In this document: one piece after another, positions 27,616-36,092 of the stretch | Layout: every line of letters begins with the position of its first letter | Numbering within the stretch: position 1 is the stretch's first letter | Source of the DNA: Limisphaerales bacterium | Lineage (GTDB): Bacteria > Verrucomicrobiota > Verrucomicrobiia > Limisphaerales > SXQI01 | Assembly (NCBI GenBank): GCA_044226545.1 | Contig: JBGAGW010000012.1 | Location: 66,107-130,106 of the forward strand | Reading direction: 5' to 3' | Length of the DNA stretch: 64,000 nucleotides | The notes under the pieces: generated by a model | The model's input: the letters and a program-made list of their open reading frames with translations, nothing else | What the model was told of the DNA's origin: nothing | The model's database searches: none | Position numbers and translations under genes: made by a program

Positions 27616-28156
27616 CCTCTTTAACGACGCATAATTAGCTTGAGTCGGGAAAAGGAGTTGCGTGGCGCTCCAGCGCCATGGTGGTGGTGGCCTTTTCAAG
27701 TCTCTATTTTTACCTTGGCCATACTCGTGCTATTTCGTCATGACCATCTGCGGCCTGCGGCTATAATTTAGCCTGTAAGATTGTTGGCCGCAGCCCGGGG
27801 CCGGACTCGCTCGCCATTTTTCATTCGCACTTGCCGCAAGCAAGGGTGCTCGGTATGTTCGCTCCGAGCCTTACGTTACAGCGTGACTGAAAAGCGATCT
27901 GCGTAGATTTCTTTTCACTCCCGTTCGAACTCGGTCACGAATGTTCGACCGCGTACAACCGCTGTAAGGCCAAAACAGAAATTTTGCGCCATGGACCATT
28001 CGGGCCGACACCTTCTTTCGAGGGTAGCTGCCGCTGTGAAGCGGCGGCTGATCCATTCCGTAGACCTCGTCTTTGAGCAATGCAGCGACTTCACAGTGAC
28101 TGCTACGTGGCCAAAAGGAGACGGATTCAGACCCTGTCTGCGGAAATTTCCGGAAG

Positions 28157-28222
28157 ATTCCACTTCGTTCCACTCAAAAAAGCCCGTAATTCCACATATT
28201 CCACCAATTCCGCTCAAAAAGC
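28157..28222 (+). promoter_or_regulatory. Cluster of five RTTCCRC heptamers, two of them extended to TTCCRCTCAAAAAGC; candidate operator/promoter of the CotH-LTD gene
   Basis: The heptamers are at 28157, 28167, 28189, 28198 and 28207. The extended copies are at 28168-28182 and 28208-28222. A 12-bp perfect palindrome, CGGAAATTTCCG, lies at 28141-28152. All of this is 90-175 bp upstream of the start at 28314. Confidence 0.3.
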
Positions 28223-28313
28223 TGGAACTCGACCGTATCGCCTGCCGAAGCCCCGGGAAGTATCACTGGAAAAGCGTCTTTGGCATGCTCCTGGCTGATT
28301 CTCATTAGATCAC

Positions 28314-31300
28314 GTGCTGAAAGCTTTTATCATTCGATTGGCCCTGAGTTGTTTGTTCGCTTTCGCGACCGGCATGGCCATGGCCGCGACCTCGGTCAAA
28401 GTGGGGACGGTCACGCAAATCACTGGTCCGCAGGACCTTGATCTTGAGGGTGACATCCTCTATGCCATCAATTTCAGCGCTAACGATCCGGTCCGCACCG
28501 TTCGTGGCGTTGCTTTCCAACCGGATCGATTGCCCATTCCAGGCGCTACGCTGGTGGGTCCGCAACAGGTGACGCCGTGGGAAACGAAGCCGGAATTTGG
28601 CAGCAGTGCCGACGCTAACCAGCTCGAGGAGATCATGGCCGATATCCGCTGGGCAGATAATGGCGCGAATCAGCGGTTGCGTGCCACGCTCAATGTAACG
28701 GCTGGGCTCGAATACAAACTGCAAATTCTCATTTCCGGTAACCGCGTGGAGGATCGGCGCTGGGATATTCGCGTGAATGGGATCAATGCGGTCGATGAAA
28801 TTACATCGCTCGGCACTTCCCCCGGTCAATCCTATTCGCAGCGGCGAGCCACCCTTTACACCTATCAATTTGTTTGTCAGAGCTCGACGGTCGTCGTGGA
28901 GATGGGAAATCTCTTCGGCGCGAACGACGGCGGGGATCGCAATCCGATCTGGCAGGCGCTCACTCTGGAACGAATATTCATTCCACCCACGCCCGAAGAT
29001 ATCGTCCTCGAGCCCGGGATCTTTTTTGCCAATCAAACCCAGCCGCTCGGCTTCCTCCGGGCCGTGGATCAAAAATCAAATGCGTCCGATTCGTTTTCCC
29101 TCGTGCCCGGAGACGGCGACGCCGACAACGCAAAATTCGCGATCAGCGGTAACGAACTTCGAGCGGCCGTGGATTTTCGATCTTACCTGCCCGGAACTAC
29201 CTTCTCGGCTCGCATTCGCGCGACGGACACGACAGAACCGACTCGTTTCCTGGAAAAGGTGATTACACTGACCATCGCCGCCGCCAACCCGCCAACAGGC
29301 ATTCGATTAGATGCCACATCCGTTAACGCATTCGCTCAGGCGGGAGCGCGGATCGCTCAGATAACCGTCACCGATCCAGATGTCTTCGACCGTCATTCTC
29401 TGGTGCTGAGCGATGGGATCGAAGCTGAGGACAATTTCCTCTTCACCGTCACCGAAAACGAACTACGCCTGCTCCGGCCTTTGCCGCCCGGTCAGGCGGA
29501 GGTTCACGTCCGACTGCGCGCGGTCGATCTTTCGAATGAATCGGTTGAATCCGCTTTTGTGTTGCCCGTGGTGCAACCGAACGTAGTGGTTAGTGAGCTT
29601 ATCACCGGCTATTCGTCGACGAACGTTGATACGATCGATCCCGAGGATTTCATCGAAATCCAAAATAAGCTGCCGCAATGGGTGGAGTTGGAAGGATGGC
29701 ATTTGAGCGACAAAAAGAGCGATCCGCTCCGGTGGCCGTTCCCGAGCGCTCGTATTGCGCCGAATGGTTTTCTCGTGATCGTTGCGGACAGTGCAGGAAC
29801 GCCGCCGGAGGGATCGACGAACCTGCACGCCAACTTTTCTTTGGATAACGGGGGCGAATGGGTGGGTCTCACTCGGCCAGGGAACACGCTTGCGAGTGAA
29901 CTCGCGGCACCCGAATTTCTGCCCAACGTTGCGTACGGAGTGGGTCAGGATGGAAAAATCGGAAACATCCAAACACCGACACTCGGCAGCGCCAATGGCG
30001 CAGTGACGGAGTTTGGTGTCAACGACGTCACTTTCAGCAAGCCGCACGGCAACTACCTGGAAGCGTTCAATCTTGAGTTGAGCGCGACGGTGCCTGACTC
30101 GACAATTCGCTTCACCGTGGATGGCTCGCTACCCAGTTCGACCAGCGGGCAGCTTTACACCGGTCCGATTCTGATTTCGCCGAATACCAGCGGCACGGCG
30201 CGCGGCGTACGTATCATTCGGGCGATTGCGATTAACCCAAAGGCCGCTTACGCCAGGACAAAGGCGCAGACCTACCTCTTCGTGAACGGACGCACTGGTC
30301 CTTCGGTGGACGGTGTCGTCGGCCAGTCAGGCCTGGTTGCGTCGATTCGAAATAATCCGGTTTACGGGCCTCTGCTGGACGATGCGTTGCTCGCGTTGCC
30401 AGCTGTTTCTGTTTTGATCCCTTCGGGGCCAAACGCAACCGAAAGACTCGCTTCGGTCGAACTGTTCGATCCGAATCCCGTCGCGGAGGAAGGTTTTCAG
30501 ATCAACTGCGGCATCAATGAGACGGGCACAACGAGCCTGGGTTCGCCCAAACTGAGCATGGCGGCCAGATTTCGCGCGCGATACGGGAAATCAAAATTAG
30601 AGTATCCGGTCTTTGCGCGCGGTTCGATGGTGCCGGAGCGCGCAGCGACCGAGTTCAAGGAGCTTCGGCTGCGCAGCCACTCGCACGACACGTTCTATTG
30701 GCTGGCGCTACGCGAGAATCCCACGTTGCCCTACGGTTCTCCGGCAGTAACACGTGGTGGCGACGCGCAATTGGCCCGGAATGTCTGGATCGACGAGATG
30801 CAGTTATTGATGGGCCAGCCAGGCAAACATGGCCGTCAGGTGCATCTCTACCTCAACGGCGCATATCACGGCATCTACCATGTACACGAGCATGCGGACG
30901 AAGATTTCATGGCAAGTTACTTTCCTGGCAGTTCGGACGATTTTCATTATACGGGGGCAGCCACCACTGGCAGCGAACATGGTCAAGGCGATTCGTGGCG
31001 CAACACCTGGACGAAACTAAAGAGCAGCCTCAGCAACTATCGCGAAGCCCAGCGCTGGATTGATGTGACCAATCTCTGCGATTATATGGCGCTGAGTTTT
31101 TACGCCGGTAACGATTGGGATTGGAGCGCGCAACACAACTGGTCAGCCGCTGGACCCACCGCTCCGGATCGAGGCGGTTGGAAATTTTTCGAGCAGGACT
31201 CTGATGTTAGTCTCCAGGATATCAATGCCGATTGCACCGACCAGGATGTACCGGACGGGATTTTCACCGCGCTCATGCGCTACCCCGATTTCCGAGTGCT

Positions 31301-33194
31301 TTTTCGCGATCGCATTTACAAGCATTGTTTCAACGGAGGCATTCTTGCGCGCTCCGGCGATATCTACAATCGCGTGATGAACGACATCTATCTCGCGATC
31401 ATTGCGGAAACCGCACGCTGGCAGCCCGGGAACAGCGTCGCGACACTGCCCTGGGACCGGGACCAGGAATGGAAAAACGAATGGAATTACCTGCGAAATA
31501 CTTTCTTTCCACAGCGCGTCCAGCGTCTGATCACCCAACTGAAGAAGCACACTGGATGGTGGCCGGTTGAGCCGCCGGTACTCAATCAGTACAGCGGATC
31601 GGTTCCCGTTGGATTCAATTTGAGCCTCACTTCAACCGTTGGAACTGTCTACTACACGGTCGATGGTTCCGATCCTCGTTTACCTGGCGGTTCGGTAAAC
31701 CCTAAAGCGAACCGCGCGAACTCTCCCGCTGTCATAAACACGCCGACCGTGATCAGAACGCGTGTATTTTCGGGTAGCGATTGGTCCGCACTGGTTGAGG
31801 CATACCTGGTTCCGGAAAATGTTCCCGTCGCTTCAGCGCAAAACCTGGTCATATCGGAAATTCAATATCATCCAGCGGATGAGGGTGATAACGAATTCAT
31901 CGAGTTCCTCAATACGTCCCCCACCGGCATCGACCTTTCTGGTGTGATTCTGAGTGGAGCAGTCACTTTCAGGTTCCCGAAAGCGACCTTGCTCAATCCC
32001 GGCGAGCGGATCGTGGTGGTAAAAGACCTCCGCCTGTTCGAAGCGCGCTACCAGACGAACACCTCCCCTTACTATAGCGATGTGCGAGTGACGGGTCCCT
32101 GGGAAGGTTCGCTTTCGAATGGTGGCGAGCAAATTGTCGTTTCCGGTGCGGACGGTGCCGTGCTCTTCAGTTGCGTTTACGGTAGTTCTGGCGCATGGCC
32201 CGGCCGTGCGGATGGCAAAGGGAGTTCGCTGGAACTGATCAACCCGTCGCGCGCTCCCATTACGACGGAAGCGAAGTCCGCGTGGCTCAATGATCCGTTT
32301 AACTGGCGCCCGAGTGCTGAATTCCACGGCTCGCCCGGAACGGCGGGGACCGGCCCGGACAATCGTATCGTCATCAACGAATTTCTCGCCGCGCCAACCA
32401 ATAGCCTGACTGAAGCGATCGAATTCAAGAACACAACTGGAGCGGAAATCGACCTGAGCGGTTGGTTTCTCACCGACTCCTCTGGCAATTACCGCAAATA
32501 TCGATTTCCAGACGGGACGAAGATTCCCAGCATGTCATATCACGTCTTGCGCGAAGATGATTTCAACAACACCAATAATCCGGCCTGCCTGATCCCGTTC
32601 GTTTTGGACAACAGCGGCGAAGATATTTATCTGGTCCAAGCCCAAACGAACGGAGCGTTGTTGCGCTTCGTTGATCATGTCGAATACCAGGCAGCGCCGG
32701 CGGGCACCGTTTTCGGCCTCTGGCCCGACGGAACGGGTCCGATGCGCTGGCTTACATCGTCGACATTCGGCATGTCAAATGCACCTGCCATCCCCGGTTA
32801 CACCGTTTGGGCTTCGGTGACATTTCCCTCGAATACCTCTCCCGCGATATCGGATCCCTTGGCTGATCCCGACCTCGATGGACTGAGCAACCTGGCTGAA
32901 TATGCATTCGTTCTGTCACCGCTTCGCCCGAACATCTCCCCTCTAGCACTCGTTAATGTGCCGGGAAGCGATGCGCTCTCGTTCAGCTTCCGCCAAAGAA
33001 CCGCTGCTCCGGATCTGAAATACGAGTTTGAGACTTCAAATGACCTTACATCATGGAAGAAGTCCGCTAGCGAAATCGAAATCGTCGCTGAAACCCCTCA
33101 GCCAGACGGTTCTACAATTATCGTCGCGCGCCTCAGTTTTCCTGCCGGTCCGACCACACAGCGTTTCGTGCGAATTGCGGTTTCTACACAATAA
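28314..33194 (+). CDS. Giant secreted CotH-kinase-family protein with three lamin-tail (LTD) domains and a C-terminal aromatic-Arg module
   Basis: The signal peptide is MLKAFIIRLALSCLFAFATGMAMA. LTD-like segments are VVVSELITG..DFIEIQN..LEGWHLSD, LVISEIQYHPADEGDNEFIEFLN and IVINEFLAAP..EAIEFKN..LSGWFLTD. The CotH core is VHLYLNGAYHGIYHVHEHADEDF...GGWKFFEQDSDVSL. Two segments are Fn3-associated-like (STIRFTVDGSLP, VYYTVDGSDP). A DPDLDGLSNLAEYAF motif is also present. Confidence 0.85.
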   Translation: MLKAFIIRLALSCLFAFATGMAMAATSVKVGTVTQITGPQDLDLEGDILYAINFSANDPVRTVRGVAFQPDRLPIPGATLVGPQQVTPWETKPEFGSSADANQLEEIMADIRWADNGANQRLRATLNVTAGLEYKLQILISGNRVEDRRWDIRVNGINAVDEITSLGTSPGQSYSQRRATLYTYQFVCQSSTVVVEMGNLFGANDGGDRNPIWQALTLERIFIPPTPEDIVLEPGIFFANQTQPLGFLRAVDQKSNASDSFSLVPGDGDADNAKFAISGNELRAAVDFRSYLPGTTFSARIRATDTTEPTRFLEKVITLTIAAANPPTGIRLDATSVNAFAQAGARIAQITVTDPDVFDRHSLVLSDGIEAEDNFLFTVTENELRLLRPLPPGQAEVHVRLRAVDLSNESVESAFVLPVVQPNVVVSELITGYSSTNVDTIDPEDFIEIQNKLPQWVELEGWHLSDKKSDPLRWPFPSARIAPNGFLVIVADSAGTPPEGSTNLHANFSLDNGGEWVGLTRPGNTLASELAAPEFLPNVAYGVGQDGKIGNIQTPTLGSANGAVTEFGVNDVTFSKPHGNYLEAFNLELSATVPDSTIRFTVDGSLPSSTSGQLYTGPILISPNTSGTARGVRIIRAIAINPKAAYARTKAQTYLFVNGRTGPSVDGVVGQSGLVASIRNNPVYGPLLDDALLALPAVSVLIPSGPNATERLASVELFDPNPVAEEGFQINCGINETGTTSLGSPKLSMAARFRARYGKSKLEYPVFARGSMVPERAATEFKELRLRSHSHDTFYWLALRENPTLPYGSPAVTRGGDAQLARNVWIDEMQLLMGQPGKHGRQVHLYLNGAYHGIYHVHEHADEDFMASYFPGSSDDFHYTGAATTGSEHGQGDSWRNTWTKLKSSLSNYREAQRWIDVTNLCDYMALSFYAGNDWDWSAQHNWSAAGPTAPDRGGWKFFEQDSDVSLQDINADCTDQDVPDGIFTALMRYPDFRVLFRDRIYKHCFNGGILARSGDIYNRVMNDIYLAIIAETARWQPGNSVATLPWDRDQEWKNEWNYLRNTFFPQRVQRLITQLKKHTGWWPVEPPVLNQYSGSVPVGFNLSLTSTVGTVYYTVDGSDPRLPGGSVNPKANRANSPAVINTPTVIRTRVFSGSDWSALVEAYLVPENVPVASAQNLVISEIQYHPADEGDNEFIEFLNTSPTGIDLSGVILSGAVTFRFPKATLLNPGERIVVVKDLRLFEARYQTNTSPYYSDVRVTGPWEGSLSNGGEQIVVSGADGAVLFSCVYGSSGAWPGRADGKGSSLELINPSRAPITTEAKSAWLNDPFNWRPSAEFHGSPGTAGTGPDNRIVINEFLAAPTNSLTEAIEFKNTTGAEIDLSGWFLTDSSGNYRKYRFPDGTKIPSMSYHVLREDDFNNTNNPACLIPFVLDNSGEDIYLVQAQTNGALLRFVDHVEYQAAPAGTVFGLWPDGTGPMRWLTSSTFGMSNAPAIPGYTVWASVTFPSNTSPAISDPLADPDLDGLSNLAEYAFVLSPLRPNISPLALVNVPGSDALSFSFRQRTAAPDLKYEFETSNDLTSWKKSASEIEIVAETPQPDGSTIIVARLSFPAGPTTQRFVRIAVSTQ

Positions 33195-33245
33195 GGACCT
33201 AAAGTCGTATAGCGAAGCGAGGTTCCTTCTGTTTATCTCTGCCGG

Positions 33246-33539
33246 ATGAAACACCAGAAAAACCAGTCCCCATCCGAACTCCAGACCCGGGCAAAAGCCT
33301 TTCTGCAGAGGACCATTCCCGCTGAAATCGATTACGTGCCCGGCTCCATTGCCGAAAGTCTGATCGCCACATATGCCGAATGCGGTCACCTGTCGCTCGA
33401 CGCGGAGACAGCCGAATTACTTGGCCTCGCCGGCATGGAATCACAAGCTGCTGCTGGACGATATAGCAACCCGGCCGCAGTCGATTATTTTCGTGAAACC
33501 GCGGCAATCCTGGAAGCCATCCTTGCCGAAGGAATTTAA
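33246..33539 (+). CDS. Hypothetical 97-aa acidic/helical protein
   Basis: The ORF has host-like codon bias. I recognise no family. Confidence 0.45.
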   Translation: MKHQKNQSPSELQTRAKAFLQRTIPAEIDYVPGSIAESLIATYAECGHLSLDAETAELLGLAGMESQAAAGRYSNPAAVDYFRETAAILEAILAEGI

Positions 33540-33695
33540 GTTACCCGCACGAGATCTTTGCTTGGTGGACTTCCGCAGTTAGCCGCATCCGCGTCGAAAA
33601 ATACGAGCAGCGCAACCGTGCCTCTTGGTGAGAGGGCGCAAGTTGCGCTGGACGAAATTCGATTCGAGAATCGGAAGGGAGAAGAAGCCCGAAGC

Positions 33696-33797
33696 TTACT
33701 TCTGCCAGGTACGCTTTTTGTGGCGATTGGCGCGGAGCTGCTTCCGGCGTTTATGTTTGTTGATCTTCGCTTTACGACGCTTCTTCAATGAACCCAT
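33696..33797 (-). CDS. bS22-like small basic protein (AURKAIP1/COX24-type); absent from the ORF track
   Basis: Hand translation of the minus strand gives [33 protein letters not shown], 33 aa. It closely resembles the MGS(V/L)(I)KKRRK..KHRK pattern of bacterial bS22. Confidence 0.7.
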   Translation of the reverse strand: MGSLKKRRKAKINKHKRRKQLRANRHKKRTWQK

Positions 33798-33822
33798 ACG
33801 GTTTAATCTCTACTTCTGATTC

Positions 33823-34716
33823 TCAGTAAACTACTTTGTTCAAAGGATATTCGATAATCCCCTCCGCGCCAGCCGCTTTTAATTTCGGGATCAGATCGCG
33901 GACGACATGCTCATCGATGATCGTCTCGACCGCCACCCAGCCTTGCTGGCTCAGATTGGAAATCGTTGGATTACGCAAACTCGGCAAAGATTGCAACAAA
34001 TTACGCAGGTTCTTCCCTTCGATATTCATCTTGAGACCGACCTTCGCCTCCGCTTCCAAAGCTCCTTTGAGCAGGAGCGCGAGGTTTTCAATCTTTGCCC
34101 GCTTCCACGAATCCTTCCACGCCTGATGATTCGCAATCAAGCGGGGCGTGGAAGATAGAAGAGTATCCACAATACGCAAGCGGTTTGCGCGCAAGGAAGA
34201 ACCAGTCTCGGTCAACTCGACAATCGCATCCACCAACTCGTGTGCTTTGAATTCGGTCGCGCCCCAGGAGAACTCAACTTCTGCTTTGACCTTGTGCTGG
34301 CGCAGATAGCGCTTGGTCAGATTCACGACCTCCGTTGCGATGCGTTTTCCGTGGAGATCTTTAACCGACTTCACAGGTGAATCCTCCGGAACCGCCAGCA
34401 CCCAGCGAGCTGGTTGTCGCGTCGCTTTGCTGAAGAGAAATTCACCGACTTCGTGCACCTTGGAATCGTTCTCGGTGATCCAATCATGACCGGTGATCCC
34501 GCAATCCAGATAACCGTGGTCGACATAACGGCTGATTTCCTGGGCGCGAATCAACCGGATCTCCAGCTCTTCGTCATCGACGTAAGGAATGTACGACCGG
34601 CTGCTCACCTGGATGTTGAACCCGGCCTTGGCCATCTTCTCGATGGTTGCCTCCTGCAAACTCCCCTTCGGCAGCCCGAATCTCAGCTTTTTGGTATCGC
34701 GTTTATCGCGGCTCAT
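33823..34716 (-). CDS. hisG: ATP phosphoribosyltransferase, long form
   Basis: [35 protein letters not shown], and a C-terminal regulatory domain ([12 protein letters not shown]) are present. The start is at ATG 34716. Confidence 0.9.
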   Translation of the reverse strand: MSRDKRDTKKLRFGLPKGSLQEATIEKMAKAGFNIQVSSRSYIPYVDDEELEIRLIRAQEISRYVDHGYLDCGITGHDWITENDSKVHEVGEFLFSKATRQPARWVLAVPEDSPVKSVKDLHGKRIATEVVNLTKRYLRQHKVKAEVEFSWGATEFKAHELVDAIVELTETGSSLRANRLRIVDTLLSSTPRLIANHQAWKDSWKRAKIENLALLLKGALEAEAKVGLKMNIEGKNLRNLLQSLPSLRNPTISNLSQQGWVAVETIIDEHVVRDLIPKLKAAGAEGIIEYPLNKVVY

Positions 34717-34849
34717 GCAAAAGGGGTATGACTTATGGCACGCGAGCTCGATTAGCAAGGAGAGATCTTCCTGGAATTAAGGGGGCGTTTTGCTCTCGCC
34801 TTGTTTTCGAGCGAAAAACGCCTACCCTCACCAGAGTTAGTCCACAGAC

Positions 34850-35248
34850 ATGGATATTCAAGCCGCACTCCTCTGCGATTCAGCCACGGATTACCGGGGC
34901 AAGCTCTGCATTCTTGGCACCTTCGACACGATTATTACCCAGAGCCTGCCCTCAACACATCCCCATTGCTCGATTGCTTTACGGATCGTTTTTCGCGATT
35001 CGGACGAGGGGAACCACAAACTCAAACTCCGGCTGATCAACGAGGATGGCAAAAATATTTTGCCTCTCATCGAACCCGAGTTGCACGTCAAACTGCCCGA
35101 GAACGTTTTCTTCTACTCCCGTAACCTCATCTTCAACCTCCAGCAGATTAAATTCGAGCAGGCCGGTTTATACTCCATCGACGTGATCATTGATGAACAG
35201 ATGATGGCTCGCATCCCGCTTCAGGTGGTTCTTAACAAAAAGGAGTGA
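34850..35248 (+). CDS. Conserved-looking hypothetical protein (132 aa, beta-rich)
   Basis: MDIQAALLCDSATDYRGKLCILGTFDTI...HCSIALRIVF...GLYSIDVIIDEQMMARIPLQV. I cannot name the family with confidence. Confidence 0.55.
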   Translation: MDIQAALLCDSATDYRGKLCILGTFDTIITQSLPSTHPHCSIALRIVFRDSDEGNHKLKLRLINEDGKNILPLIEPELHVKLPENVFFYSRNLIFNLQQIKFEQAGLYSIDVIIDEQMMARIPLQVVLNKKE

Positions 35249-35300
35249 CCCGTTGCCGCGCCTGACAGTCGGTGCGATGATGTTGGGGGAGGGAAGAACT

Positions 35301-35567
35301 ATGCAGCAATATAACGTCGAAACGCCGGATCAAGTCGCAGATGTTTTCGAAACGCGGGTGCTTGGGATCGAGGGGATGACCTGCGATAACTGTGTCAGGA
35401 CGCTCACCAAGGCACTCCAGAAGATTGAGGGTGTTAAAGATGTTCGAGTCGAACGCGAGTCGGCCCGCGCCTCCATCACGTTCGACAAAACGAAGACGGA
35501 CATGCCCGCGATCCACGAAGCAATTCTGCGCAGCGGCTATAAGCCGACGCGTGAAATTCCGAAATAG
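35301..35567 (+). CDS. Heavy-metal-associated (HMA) domain metallochaperone-like protein
   Basis: IEGMTCDNCVRTLTKAL contains the MxCxxC motif within a ferredoxin-like pattern. ATG 35301 is preceded by GGGGGAGGGAAG. Confidence 0.8.
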   Translation: MQQYNVETPDQVADVFETRVLGIEGMTCDNCVRTLTKALQKIEGVKDVRVERESARASITFDKTKTDMPAIHEAILRSGYKPTREIPK

Positions 35568-35573
35568 TCAAGG

Positions 35574-35960
35574 CTAAGCGCCTGCCGAAGGCTGGTGCTG
35601 CCGCGCGCTTCTAGGAAGATCCTGCCTCTCCTGGCGTGTTTGGGCCGGAGACTGTCCTTGCTGCCGCTCAGCCCGCAGTTCAGATTCCGCCCGGAACCAA
35701 TGATCCATATCCTGTCCGTCCGACCGGCCTTCCCGCTCGTAAATCTCATAAGCGCGCGCGGCAATCTCCTCACTCGAGAGTTCGCGGCGGTCGTTGCCAA
35801 GGCCTCCGTCCAAATTCATACTCGCGCCGGTTGCGCCATCGCCCAGACGTTCCCCGCCGTTCCCGTTGGTCATTTGAGCTGGGCTTCGTGGCGCCGGGTT
35901 GGGGTTCATTTGTTGCTCCTGAGGTTTTCCTGAAGTCTTCTTGGCCATATACGTCGCCAC
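35574..35960 (-). CDS. DUF2934 domain protein
   Basis: EEIAARAYEIYEREGRSDGQDMDHWFRAESEL is the DUF2934 signature. The rest is low-complexity. Confidence 0.7.
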   Translation of the reverse strand: MATYMAKKTSGKPQEQQMNPNPAPRSPAQMTNGNGGERLGDGATGASMNLDGGLGNDRRELSSEEIAARAYEIYEREGRSDGQDMDHWFRAESELRAERQQGQSPAQTRQERQDLPRSARQHQPSAGA

Positions 35961-36092
35961 TATTCATGAATCCGACACGCCGGTTCGAACATCAGGGCAG
36001 TCCTTAAAACCGAGACTGTTACCCTCTCCAAAAACAGTATCGGGGCAAAACTGAGCTTTTAATTTGCCTGTGGAAAACGATCATCCACGCGG

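Noticed and set aside
27905-27970. GTTCGAA-containing stretch that looked like a tRNA or tmRNA T-arm
   Set aside because: Flanking bases do not form a 5-bp T stem. No acceptor or anticodon arms can be drawn, and there is no CCA context. I treat it as part of the hairpin-rich non-coding region instead.
28305-29072. 255-aa minus-strand ORF
   Set aside because: It is antisense to the 5' end of the CotH/LTD gene. It has no recognisable motifs and an Arg/Gly-rich composition typical of antisense frames.
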